Positions 8,413 to 17,254 of a DNA stretch of 45,641 nt are shown one piece after another (position 1 is the stretch's first letter; every line of letters starts with the position of its first letter). Made by a program: the position numbers and the translations under genes. Source of the stretch: Gammaproteobacteria bacterium (GTDB lineage Bacteria; Pseudomonadota; Gammaproteobacteria; Burkholderiales; SG8-39); the NCBI GenBank assembly GCA_041490545.1, contig JBGPTG010000002.1:1-45641 (forward strand). Direction: 5' to 3'. Under the pieces are notes generated by a model. That model was not told the DNA's origin, ran no database searches, and worked only from the letters and a program-made list of their open reading frames with translations.

Positions 8413-9435
8413 ATGTTCTTGAGAGTAGAAAAATCCGCGATACCTTACCCTGCGGAATCCTTCTGGTTGCTTGCTCTGGTATTTTTCCTGCCTCTATTCG
8501 AGACGCCGAAGAATATCTGCTGGGTAGGCTATCTCCTCACCTAGCTTTACACCCGGATTCGCAAGCGTGATTGGGGTGGGCCCTGGGATCGATGGGACAG
8601 CCTGATCGCATTGTGGATCGCTTCTGGTTACGTCGTTGCTGCCTTTGCCGGTATCCGCGACGACGAGTGGGGCGACGCGACCGATCTCCTGCCGCTATGG
8701 CTCGGTACTGTGGCTCGCAAAACGCTCCCGCTATGGTGAGCGCGCCCTGCTGTCGATCCTCGGCACTTTGATCGCCGCCACATTGATAGCGCTTGCGTGG
8801 GGCTACTGGGAGATGTACTGGAGATGTACCGGGGAAAAACCGATGCGACACTGGGCCTCAATTCAGTTGGGCACGTGAATCACAGCGCGATCTATCTGGC
8901 GATCGTATTTGGCGCCTCGCTGAGCTTCGTGATTTCGTACATGGGACGCGTGGGGCACGCCGTCAGTCTCCTATCGGGTCTGGCTACGGGTGTGCTGATC
9001 GTTTCAGTGTTCGTTACGGAAAGTCGCGCGGCAATCGGGGCGGCGGCCGCGTTCGCCGTGGTTTTTGCGGGAGTGCTCGGGGCAAGAAAGCGAACAGGCG
9101 CAGTCAAGGGCACGCTGGTTCCCCTGTTGGGGGTGGCGGTGATACTCGCTGTGAAACCGGGCGTGCTGGACAAGACCCTCGACAAGACCGAACAGGGGCT
9201 CGCCTTGTCTTACCGTAACAAGATCGCGTTGGCAAAGTCCCTGCCGCGAGTACAGGATACGCCGCTGGATTGGACGCTTTTCGGAGCGGCGCTTGCCGGA
9301 TGGCTGGTTACTGCTGCGGTGGGCCTGGTCAACACGACTCTCCATCACGAGCACGGGATTCTCGCCGCCCTGCTACTCGGGTTGTGGCTGAGTCGCCGCA
9401 CGGTGTCGGGTCCAACCGCGCAGGGCGCTCCCTAG
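8413..9435 (+). pseudogene. O-antigen ligase/polymerase (WaaL/Wzy_C-like) family membrane protein gene, disrupted
   Basis: A polytopic membrane protein can be read continuously only by combining frames: ATG 8413 ...WVGYLLT, TAG at 8542-8544, then LYTRIRKRDWGGPWDRWDSLIALWIASG...DATDLL. A shift near 8690-8694 leads into RYGSVLWLAKRSRYGERALLSILGTLIAATLIALAWGYWEMY. After the 11-bp duplication at 8809-8830 it continues RGKTDATLGLNSVGHVNHSAIYLAIVF... to the stop at 9435. The family call rests on topology, the SVGH-x-N-x-x-AIYL-type motif and the position between core GTs and the O-antigen genes. Confidence 0.55.
8809..8830 (+). repeat. 11-bp tandem duplication (GGAGATGTACT / GGAGATGTACC) inside the ligase-like gene
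   Basis: Read directly: the 10-bp string GGAGATGTAC occurs at 8809-8818 and again at 8820-8829 (period 11). Removing one copy restores WGYWEMYRGKTDATLGLNSVGHVNHS in a single frame. Confidence 0.9.
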
Positions 9436-11351
9436 CCTTCAGCTTCTTCTCTGGCCTCGGCCAGGGCACTCCGATCCGGCTGGTACTCGGGCACGCGCTT
9501 CGCGAGCTCGTGTTTTACGTCCGCGTCGCCTGGAGAGCGGACATGCGAAAGCCACGTTTCTATCTCGGCGAGCCATTGCTGGGCGAAAGCCGTGTTGGCT
9601 TTGGCGATGCGTAACTTTGGATGCGGAGTCTGGAGAGTGTGCTCGCGGTCCGAGAGCAATTCCTCATATAGCTTTTCGCCGGGGCGCAAGCCGGTGAACT
9701 CGACCTTGATGTCGTCAACGCCGAACCCGGAAAGGCGGATCATGTCGTGCGCCAAGTCCAGGATTCTGACCGGCTCGCCCATCTCAAGAACGAAAATTTC
9801 CCCGCCTCTGCCCATGAAACCCGCTTGCAGCACGAGCTGCGCAGCCTCGGGAATTGACATGAAGTAGCGTGTGATTTCCGGATGGGTTACCGTCACAGGC
9901 CCGCCGCGGGCGATCTGCTCGCGGAACTTGGGAACGACGCTACCGGTGCTGCCAAGTACATTGCCGAACCTGACCGTGATGAAGCGCGTGCCCGTCGGCG
10001 GCTGTAGTGTCTGGCAAATCTGCTCCGACAGCCGCTTTGTCGCCCCCATCACGTTGGTGGGATTGACCGCCTTGTCTGTCGAGATCAGGACGAATTTTTC
10101 GATGCCGTGCGCGAGGGATGCACGCGCCACGCGAAGTGTGCCGAGTACGTTGTTTTGAACGGCCTCCCAGGCGTTTTCAGCCTCCATCAAAGGAACGTGC
10201 TTGTAGGCCGCAGCATGAAACACGATCGAGGGCTTGAAGCGGGACACGACCGCCTCGACTCGGTCCGCGTTGCGAACGTCACCAATGATGGCTACGATCG
10301 ACGCCCCAGGCCGGTTTTCCCGGAATTCCTGTTCAATAGAGTAAAGCGCGTATTCGCTCAAATCGAACATAATCAGGAGAGCGGGCTCGAACCTTTCGAT
10401 TTGCCGGCACAGCTCGCCTCCGATCGAACCGCCCGCTCCGGTGACCATCACGACCTTCCCGGCCAGCAATTCGTTTAGCCCGGCGTTGTCCAGCACGATC
10501 TGTTCGCGGCCCAGCAGGTCTTCGAGCTCGATGCGGCGGATCTGCGACACTGTGACTTTGCCCGACAGCAAGTCCTCGTAGGAGGGGACGGTCAGTACCG
10601 TGAGTCCCGCTGCGCCCGCGATTTCTGCCGCGCGCCTGCGTACGCCGGCCGAGGAAGCGGGCAGCGAGATGATCGCATGGCGGGAGTCCAACTGCTGCGC
10701 CCAGCGGCCGACCTCGCTGAGTCTCCCAAGGACCTTCACGCCCAGGAGTACCTGCCCATGCCAAGCCGGGTCATCGTCGAGGATGCCCACTGCGCGCCAC
10801 TGGCTTGAGCGTTCCATCTCCCGCAACAGATTGACGGTGATGTCGCTGGCGCCGATCACAAGCACCGGCTCGCCGCTGAGGTGGATGCGTCCGTACAGGA
10901 CGCGTTCCTTCCAGGCACGATAGGCGATCCGGCTGCCCGACATGATTGCCGCAAGCAGTAAAGGCGCGAGGATGAAAGTGGACCGCGGTACGTTGAGATC
11001 GGCGCGAAAGAACGCAAGGAGTGCGGGCACTGCGAGCGCTCCGATCAGGCAAGCGAACGCTATGCGTTTCAGGTCGGGCAGGCTCGCGTAGCGCCAGCTG
11101 CCCTGGTACAGGCCGAGCGACCAGAATATCAGCGCGTGCAGCGGAACGACCGCCGTTACCGCCGCGGCAAGCGCCGGGAGAAACTCCACGGGGATATCCA
11201 GGTTGAAGCGCAGCCAGAACGCGAGCACCCAGCAAACGGCGGATGCGAGGACGTCGTGCGCAAAAGCAAGCGCGGCGCGGTAACTGGGTTTAAGCGGATT
11301 CAATGGATTTGTTTTCGCGGTGCCGCCAGGCGGAATCCACCCACAGCACAA
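9432..11351 (-). CDS. wbpM: Membrane-anchored UDP-GlcNAc 4,6-dehydratase, WbpM/CapD/PglF family
   Basis: N-terminal TM helices, then two Rossmann regions (VLVIGASD..., VMVTGAGGSIGGELCRQI). Also HAAAYKHVPLME, STDKAVNPTNVMGATKRL, VRFGNVLGSTGSVVP and THPEITRYFMSIPEA, all classic CapD/WbpM motifs. Start uncertain: TTG 11351 overlaps wbpL; an alternative is TTG 11303. Confidence 0.85.
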   Translation of the reverse strand: MCCGWIPPGGTAKTNPLNPLKPSYRAALAFAHDVLASAVCWVLAFWLRFNLDIPVEFLPALAAAVTAVVPLHALIFWSLGLYQGSWRYASLPDLKRIAFACLIGALAVPALLAFFRADLNVPRSTFILAPLLLAAIMSGSRIAYRAWKERVLYGRIHLSGEPVLVIGASDITVNLLREMERSSQWRAVGILDDDPAWHGQVLLGVKVLGRLSEVGRWAQQLDSRHAIISLPASSAGVRRRAAEIAGAAGLTVLTVPSYEDLLSGKVTVSQIRRIELEDLLGREQIVLDNAGLNELLAGKVVMVTGAGGSIGGELCRQIERFEPALLIMFDLSEYALYSIEQEFRENRPGASIVAIIGDVRNADRVEAVVSRFKPSIVFHAAAYKHVPLMEAENAWEAVQNNVLGTLRVARASLAHGIEKFVLISTDKAVNPTNVMGATKRLSEQICQTLQPPTGTRFITVRFGNVLGSTGSVVPKFREQIARGGPVTVTHPEITRYFMSIPEAAQLVLQAGFMGRGGEIFVLEMGEPVRILDLAHDMIRLSGFGVDDIKVEFTGLRPGEKLYEELLSDREHTLQTPHPKLRIAKANTAFAQQWLAEIETWLSHVRSPGDADVKHELAKRVPEYQPDRSALAEAREEAEG

Positions 11352-12279
11352 GCGCAGCGTGGAGGGCTACCAGCCCGATGAGGGCGCACAGCTGCAGGTA
11401 AGGCGGTTCGCGCAGCGCCCAAAGCGCGGTCGTCCCGCAGGCGAGCATCAGTGCATATTCGGCGAGTGCTGTCCTGCGGTGGCCCCAACCCATGCGCACG
11501 AGGCGCTGATAGTAGTGCATGTTATGCGCTTCCCAGAAGCGCTCCCCGGCGCCCATGCGCTTTAGCAACGTAAGAGTCGCATCGATGATGAAAGGCGCAA
11601 AGACGGCTGCCGGGAACCAAAACGGCCAGTCGCCATCGCGCCAACCCGAGAGAGAAAAGACTGCCGCAAGGAAACCGACAGGGACGGAACCGGCATCGCC
11701 CATGAACAGCCGGGCAGGAGGAAAATTAAATGGAAGAAAGGCGGCGCCAGCGGCTGCCAAAATGGCGCACTCGATCAGCAAGGCGTCGTCACCGCTCATC
11801 CAGGCGCCGACTCCCAGGAACGCAAAGCCCGTGACCGTCATGCCGCCGGCGAGCCCGTCGGAGCCGTCCATGAAGTTGTAGAGATTTGTCATCCACAGGA
11901 TGCCGAGCACGATCAGGGCGGCCAAGGGGAGCACTACCGCGGGGAGGGCGCCGAAGGCAAACCCTGCGGCGGCTGCACACTGGGCGCCCAAACGGACCGG
12001 GATCGGCAGGCCGCGAACGTCGTCGATATGCGAGAGCGCGACGAGTACGGCAGCGGGAAGCACGATCGCGAGCGGAGTTTGCAGGATCGCGAAGCCGGAA
12101 AAAACCCCGGCCATCATGGCGATGCCGCCCGAGCGCGGCACTGGGCGGACGTGCAGCGAGCGCTGATTGGGGACATCCAGCGGCAATCGGTGCTGCGCCC
12201 TCAGCATCCATGCGATGAGCAGCAGCGTCACGAGCGCCGAAAAGATCGGCGAAACGGGAGCGATTTCCGGGATCGCCAT
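11290..12279 (-). CDS. wbpL: Polyprenyl-phosphate HexNAc-1-phosphate transferase (MraY/WecA family, WbpL-like), initiating enzyme
   Basis: About 10 TM segments; NLYNFMDGSDGLAGG and LFMGDAGSVPVGF motifs of the WecA/MraY family. Immediately upstream of the wbpM-like gene, as in Pseudomonas O-antigen loci. Confidence 0.85.
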   Translation of the reverse strand: MAIPEIAPVSPIFSALVTLLLIAWMLRAQHRLPLDVPNQRSLHVRPVPRSGGIAMMAGVFSGFAILQTPLAIVLPAAVLVALSHIDDVRGLPIPVRLGAQCAAAAGFAFGALPAVVLPLAALIVLGILWMTNLYNFMDGSDGLAGGMTVTGFAFLGVGAWMSGDDALLIECAILAAAGAAFLPFNFPPARLFMGDAGSVPVGFLAAVFSLSGWRDGDWPFWFPAAVFAPFIIDATLTLLKRMGAGERFWEAHNMHYYQRLVRMGWGHRRTALAEYALMLACGTTALWALREPPYLQLCALIGLVALHAALVLWVDSAWRHRENKSIESA

Positions 12280-12371
12280 TCACCTAGTCCGCTCGGGGGA
12301 ACACGGGGCGCATTTTAACGTGTTCGGTGCAGGGCGCGTTACCCAAGTCACCATCCGTTGCCGGTGCATTC

Positions 12372-13178
12372 TTATCCGGGAAAGGGTCCGGTGCGCTCCC
12401 TGCGAGCCCAAATATTTCCCGTGAAAGCACTGTCGGGCCGGAAAAAAGTAATTTCGAAGCCGGCGTTCCGCAAATACGTCTTGAGTTCAGCATCGCGGCC
12501 GGAGTGGTACTCCATGCGAATTTCCCGGACGCGATTGATGTCCGCGGGAGTCGCGCTGAAAAGGATGTCGTATTCTGCGCCCTCGCAGTCAAGCTTCAGC
12601 AGGTCGATGCCTTGTACCGCGTCGCGCGCCAGAATTTCGGCGAGGCTCGTCGTGCGCACAGTCTCGAACTCTCCGCTCTCTTCTTCTGCGGCGATGCGGT
12701 TATATACACTGGGAGCAAGCGGGAACCTCACGTTTTGCCCGGCAACGGCGGAAACTGCGAGCTGCCTTGGTCGTATGGTGGTGGAGAGCCCGTTGACCTC
12801 GACGTTGCGCTGCAAGCATCGGAATGACGCGCCGTTCGGCTCGTAAGCCAACACGGTCGTTGCGCCGCCCCGCGCGGCATGCAAGGCAAACGCGCCGAGG
12901 TTCGCCCCGATATCCACCACTGTGCCGCCGGGCGGAAAGCGCCCGTAGTCCCCCCGGACCAGGATGATGAACAGCGTAATGACATCGTGGGGATGGCCCG
13001 AAAGGTAGATACGCGTGCCGTCGCGCATCTCGACAATGCGATCAGCAGGACTCGTACGCCGCAGGTAGTTCAGCAGGAACCTGAATGGATGCCGGAAAAG
13101 AATTACGGCCTTGGCGAACCAGAAAAAGTAGCGGTACGCATGCGGCAGGTTGCGCAGATAGTCGGACAGCGCGCGCAT
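12372..13178 (-). CDS. FkbM-family SAM-dependent methyltransferase
   Basis: VVDIGANLGAFALHAA...VLAYEPNGASFRCLQRNVEVNGL...LLKLDCEGAEYDIL is the FkbM-family signature. Confidence 0.8.
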   Translation of the reverse strand: MRALSDYLRNLPHAYRYFFWFAKAVILFRHPFRFLLNYLRRTSPADRIVEMRDGTRIYLSGHPHDVITLFIILVRGDYGRFPPGGTVVDIGANLGAFALHAARGGATTVLAYEPNGASFRCLQRNVEVNGLSTTIRPRQLAVSAVAGQNVRFPLAPSVYNRIAAEEESGEFETVRTTSLAEILARDAVQGIDLLKLDCEGAEYDILFSATPADINRVREIRMEYHSGRDAELKTYLRNAGFEITFFRPDSAFTGNIWARRERTGPFPG

Positions 13179-13192
13179 GTTTGCCGCCGCGC

Positions 13193-13315
13193 TCAGACGG
13201 CAATCGAGAACATGATGCGCTCGCCGGCATACCGCGGGCGCTCAGCCTCCAGCTTGGAGCGGCGGCAGAGAGCCGCGCCGATGACTCCAGACTTGCCGGT
13301 AACGAGAATGCGCAT
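13193..13315 (-). pseudogene. Relic 5-prime end of a WbpK/WbpV-type extended-SDR reductase gene (40 codons)
   Basis: The reverse strand reads MRILVTGKSGVIGAALCRRSKLEAERPRYAGERIMFSIAV*. The first 19 residues align with the N-terminus of the intact gene at 40920 (MNILVTGASGFVGVALCRE) at 13/19 positions, including the TGxxGxxG Rossmann motif. Similarity then stops, and a stop codon lies 15 nt before the fkbM ATG. Confidence 0.4.
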
Positions 13316-13382
13316 GACGGAGATCGAAGGATGCGCCACACCGAGATTCTAGCAGGCCCCATTCGGGTTGGCCGGGAGCCCC

Positions 13383-13388
13383 TATAAT
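13383..13388 (+). promoter_or_regulatory. Candidate -10 box (TATAAT) for manC
   Basis: Perfect TATAAT 28 nt upstream of GTG 13417 in the 238-bp divergent intergenic region. No convincing -35. Confidence 0.25.
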
Positions 13389-13416
13389 GTGAACTTCTCC
13401 ATCAACACCCGCACTC

Positions 13417-14841
13417 GTGAGTTCCTCATTTTTCCCAATAGTACTGTCGGGCGGATCGGGCAGCCGCCTGTGGCCCATGTCGCGGCGTCTTCTGCCGAAG
13501 CAATTCCTGCCTCTTGTTTCCGAACGAACCCTGCTTCAGGAAACGGTATTGAGGCTGCAGGGTGTCGACGGCGCCCGTGCGCCGATCGTCGTTTCGAACG
13601 ACGAGCACCGTTTTCTTGTCGCGGAGCAGATGCGCGAAATCGGGGTGAAGCTCGACGTTCAGATCCTGGAACCCGTCGGTCGCAACACGGCGCCGGCGGC
13701 GGCGGTGGCGGCGCTTCACGTGCAGACCCGCTACCCCGATGCCTGTGTTCTGGTGCTGCCCGCGGATCATCTGATCCAGGACGTGCCGGCGTTTCGCTCT
13801 GCGATCGCAACGGCGCTCCCACTCGCAGCGAGCGGTTCATTGGTTACTTTCGGAATCACGCCGCGCGGACCTGTCACCGGATACGGTTATATCGAGCGCG
13901 GCGACCCGGTTCCAGGAAGCGAGCGCAGCTTCCGCGTGAAGCGCTTCGTGGAAAAACCCGACCTGGAGACGGCGCAGTGCTATGTTTCGAGCGACCGGTT
14001 CTTCTGGAACAGCGGCATGTTCGCGTTCCGGCCCACGCGCTTTCTGGAGGAGTTGCAGCACTTTCGCCCCGAGATTCTTGCCGCAGCCAAGGCGGCGTGG
14101 GAGGCAGGCAAGCACGACCTTGATTTCCTGCGGCTGGATTCCGCTGCATTTGCCGCCTGTCCGTCGGACTCCATCGACTACGCGGTGATGGAGCGCACCT
14201 CCGCGAACGTGATGGTCCAGGCCGATATCGGCTGGAGCGATGTTGGCTCGTGGACGGCGCTTTGGGAGGCCGGAGAAAAGGATGCGGGCGGGAACGTCGT
14301 TCGCGGCGACGTGGACGCGCGCGACGCCAACGGTTGCTATATTCGCGCCGAGCACCGCATGGTTGCGGCTCTGGGCGTGCGCGATCTCATGATCGTCGAG
14401 ACCGATGACGCGGTTCTCGTGGCCGACAAGTCGCGTTCGCAGGAGGTGAAGGAAGTGGTCGAGACGCTCGCCCGGAAGGCCCGGACCGAGCACGTTTCAC
14501 ACAGGCGGGTCTATCGGCCCTGGGGCTACTACGAGAGCATCGACGCCGGCGAGCGCTTTCAGGTCAAGCGCATCATGGTCAAGCCGGGCGAAGCGCTCTC
14601 GCTGCAGATGCATCACCATCGGGCGGAGCACTGGGTGGTGGTATCGGGCACCGCGAGGGTGACACGAGGGGATGAGGTAAAGCTTGTGTCGGAAAATGAA
14701 TCCACCTATATCCCGATCGGGACCAAGCATCGACTCGAAAACGTGGGAAAGATGCCGCTTTTCCTCATTGAAGTCCAGTCGGGAAGCTACCTGGGCGAAG
14801 ACGACATCGTGCGTTTCGACGACCGCTACAAGCGCGTCTAG
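13417..14841 (+). CDS. manC: Bifunctional mannose-1-phosphate guanylyltransferase / mannose-6-phosphate isomerase (type II PMI-GMP)
   Basis: PIVLSGGSGSRLWPMSR N-terminus, FVEKPD, GMFAF, and the C-terminal cupin with RPWGYYESID...VKRIMVKPGEALSLQMHHHRAEHWVVVSGTA. Confidence 0.9.
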   Translation: MSSSFFPIVLSGGSGSRLWPMSRRLLPKQFLPLVSERTLLQETVLRLQGVDGARAPIVVSNDEHRFLVAEQMREIGVKLDVQILEPVGRNTAPAAAVAALHVQTRYPDACVLVLPADHLIQDVPAFRSAIATALPLAASGSLVTFGITPRGPVTGYGYIERGDPVPGSERSFRVKRFVEKPDLETAQCYVSSDRFFWNSGMFAFRPTRFLEELQHFRPEILAAAKAAWEAGKHDLDFLRLDSAAFAACPSDSIDYAVMERTSANVMVQADIGWSDVGSWTALWEAGEKDAGGNVVRGDVDARDANGCYIRAEHRMVAALGVRDLMIVETDDAVLVADKSRSQEVKEVVETLARKARTEHVSHRRVYRPWGYYESIDAGERFQVKRIMVKPGEALSLQMHHHRAEHWVVVSGTARVTRGDEVKLVSENESTYIPIGTKHRLENVGKMPLFLIEVQSGSYLGEDDIVRFDDRYKRV

Positions 14842-14878
14842 TCCGCGTCGGCCGCCAAAACGCGCGACCGTCCTGCGG

Positions 14879-16078
14879 TCATGGAGAAGCCGTCGCACGT
14901 GTTTCGTCCGACGTCGCGCCGTCGTAGAACTTCAACAATTCCTCGATGACCCGCTCGCTCCGGAATTCCCGGTGCACGCGGGCATAGGCTGCTTCGCCGA
15001 GCGCACGCCGTAATTCCGGATTCTCGGCGAGCTTTTTCATCTGAGAGGCCAGCTCCCGCGGGTTCGACGCTTCGTGCAGCAAGCCGGTTTCGCCTTCGAT
15101 GACGGCGTCGGTAATGCCATAGATTCTGGATGCAACGGCAGGGATTCTCATCGCCGCGGCTTCGAGGATGACCATTCCGAAGGCCTCCCGGTAACTCGGG
15201 AGGCAGATCACGTCCGCGGCGGCAAGGACTTGTTCGGGCGTGTCGGTGATGCCGCTGAATCGAAGTTTGGCCACGGCGGCGCCCGCGCGTGCGATGACTT
15301 GCTGCTGAATGCCGTCCTCGTCCGGCCCCACTACCAGCAGACGCACGTGCGGGAATTCGGCGGCGACCGACGCAAACGCGGCGGCCAGATCGAGGATTCC
15401 CTTATCCCGCGCGATTCTGCCGAGGAATAGGAACAAGACATCGGTGTCGCCAATGTCGAAATCCCGGCGAATCCTCCTGCGGGCCTCAGGGTCGGCCCGG
15501 AACCGGGCGACGTCTACGCCAGAAATTGATCCGCTTGCCAGAACGCGCGACCGAGCAGGCGCCAAGATGCCCTGCTCGATCAAAAACTCCTGCTCCGATC
15601 TGCTTACCACCAGCAAATGCGTCGCGAGGTGCGCCACAATGCGGTCTGCGATCTTCAGCAACGACCGCATGAAGCCACTGCGAGCGGCCCAGGTTTCACC
15701 CTGGAAGGTGTGTATCCTGGTTGGAACCCGTGCAATCCACGCCGCAATCATGGCGAGCAGGCCCGCCTTCGGCGCGACAGAGTGAACAACGCGGAAATCG
15801 TGGCTCATGAATATCCCGACAAGGCGCGCAAGCGCCGCGAGATCCCGGAACAGCGAGATCTTCCGTTCGATCCGCACCGAGATCACACGGAGGTCGATCC
15901 CCCGAAGGTTCGGCTTGTACGGCTCATCCAGATTGAGAATCAATGTAAGGTCGTAGCGCGATGCGAGCGCAGCGAGATTGCCGCGCAGAAAAAAATTCAC
16001 GATAAGCGGTGTCGTTGTGACGACGCAGATCGCCCTGCGTTTGCCGGCATTGCAGGTTTGCTTATCAGGGAACGCCAC
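14879..16078 (-). CDS. GT4 family glycosyltransferase
   Basis: GT-B fold: N-terminal ICVVTTTPLIVNFFLRGNL; C-terminal LFLGRIARDKG...CLPSYREAFGMVILEAAAMRIPAVAS. Directly downstream of the 2-acetamido-2,6-dideoxy-L-hexose genes. Confidence 0.75.
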   Translation of the reverse strand: MAFPDKQTCNAGKRRAICVVTTTPLIVNFFLRGNLAALASRYDLTLILNLDEPYKPNLRGIDLRVISVRIERKISLFRDLAALARLVGIFMSHDFRVVHSVAPKAGLLAMIAAWIARVPTRIHTFQGETWAARSGFMRSLLKIADRIVAHLATHLLVVSRSEQEFLIEQGILAPARSRVLASGSISGVDVARFRADPEARRRIRRDFDIGDTDVLFLFLGRIARDKGILDLAAAFASVAAEFPHVRLLVVGPDEDGIQQQVIARAGAAVAKLRFSGITDTPEQVLAAADVICLPSYREAFGMVILEAAAMRIPAVASRIYGITDAVIEGETGLLHEASNPRELASQMKKLAENPELRRALGEAAYARVHREFRSERVIEELLKFYDGATSDETRATASP

Positions 16079-16106
16079 TATCGCGACAGAACCTAGCGGA
16101 CCCGGA

Positions 16107-17234
16107 CTATCGGTGCCAGGTGTAACGATTCACGTAGCCGGTGTAGCTCAGAATGATGCGCACGACTTTCTTCGACACGTTGTCCGGTTCATAGTCGGGC
16201 ACCGCTCTGAATGCTCTCGTACCCTCCCGGTGATGTGCCAGCACCACTTCGATCGATTTCAGGACATGCTCCGATCGAAGCCCGGACATGACCAGGGTTC
16301 CCTCGTCCATCCCTTCCGGCCGCTCGTGCGTGTTTCTGATGGTGATGGCGGGGAAGCCGACAATCGAAGATTCCTCCGTGATCGTGCCGCTGTCGGATAC
16401 TACGCAGCGCGCATGCATCTGCAGTTTCACGTAGTCCAGGAAACCGAGAGGCTTCAGGAACCGGACGTAAGGACCTGCGTCGATCTGTCCGAGTTCCCCC
16501 AGGCGCTTCCTTGTTCGGGGATGAGTCGATACGATGACCGGGAGACGGTAAGTCTCCCCGAGCGCCCTGATCGAATCGAGCAGAGCGAGGAGATTTTCCT
16601 GCGTATCAACGTTCTCCTCGCGATGCGCACTGACCAGGAAGTAGCCGTTCGGCGTTACGCCGAGCTCTTTCAGCACTCCGGAGCTCTCGATTTTCGGCAT
16701 ATAGTGCTGCAACACCTCCCTCATCGGCGACCCGGTCTTGATTATCGCGTCGGCTTTCAGCCCTTCGGCCAGAAGATAGCGGCGCGCGTGCTCGCTATAG
16801 GGAAGATTGATGTCGCTCACATGGTCGACGATTTTTCGATTGGTCTCCTCCGGAGTGCGCTCGTCGAAACAGCGATTGCCGGCCTCCATGTGGAAAATGG
16901 GGATCTTGCGCCTTTTCGCGGCGATGGCCGAAAGGCAGCTGTTGGTGTCCCCGAGCAATAGAAGCGCATCGGGGTTCTCTTTTGCGAGGACCTCGTCGGA
17001 CTTGGCGATTATGTTGGCGATCGCCTGAGCCGGCGTTCCCGCGGCGACCTCCAGGAAATGATCCGGCTTGCGGATCTCGAGCTGCTCGAAGAAGATCTTG
17101 TTCAACTCGTAGTCGAAGTTTTGTCCCGTATGCACCAGCACGTGAGGCAGGCGGGCATCGAGCTCGGCGATCACCCGCGACAGCTTGATCAGCTCCGGGC
17201 GCGTGCCGACGATCGTCATCACCTTCAGTGCCAT
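16107..17234 (-). CDS. fnlC: UDP-2-acetamido-2,6-dideoxy-L-hexose 2-epimerase (non-hydrolysing UDP-GlcNAc 2-epimerase family; FnlC/Cap5G/WbjD/WbvD-like)
   Basis: LKVMTIVGTRPELIKLSRVI...HTGQNFDYELNKIFFEQLEIRKPDHFLEVA...LGDTNSCLSAIAAKRRKIPIFHMEAGNRCFD...IVDHVSDINLPYSEHARRYLL is near-colinear with S. aureus Cap5G. Confidence 0.85.
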   Translation of the reverse strand: MALKVMTIVGTRPELIKLSRVIAELDARLPHVLVHTGQNFDYELNKIFFEQLEIRKPDHFLEVAAGTPAQAIANIIAKSDEVLAKENPDALLLLGDTNSCLSAIAAKRRKIPIFHMEAGNRCFDERTPEETNRKIVDHVSDINLPYSEHARRYLLAEGLKADAIIKTGSPMREVLQHYMPKIESSGVLKELGVTPNGYFLVSAHREENVDTQENLLALLDSIRALGETYRLPVIVSTHPRTRKRLGELGQIDAGPYVRFLKPLGFLDYVKLQMHARCVVSDSGTITEESSIVGFPAITIRNTHERPEGMDEGTLVMSGLRSEHVLKSIEVVLAHHREGTRAFRAVPDYEPDNVSKKVVRIILSYTGYVNRYTWHR

Positions 17235-17254
17235 ACAGAATGCCTTCCTCGCTG

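Noticed and set aside
8809-8830. Possibility that the 11-bp repeat is a programmed frameshift or phase-variation site
   Set aside because: It is not a homopolymer or short-unit tract. Two additional unrelated lesions (a TAG and a 1-nt indel) exist in the same gene, so simple pseudogenisation is more parsimonious.
13179-13416. ops/JUMPStart (GGCGGTAG) antitermination element upstream of O-antigen genes; also looked for in 39698-39981
   Set aside because: Only GGCGGCAG-like strings were found, in the wrong orientation or with a mismatch in the core. Not supportable.
15978-16961. 327-aa + strand ORF
   Set aside because: Antisense to the FnlC-like epimerase and the GT4 gene, both of which have strong family motifs. 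No motifs of its own.
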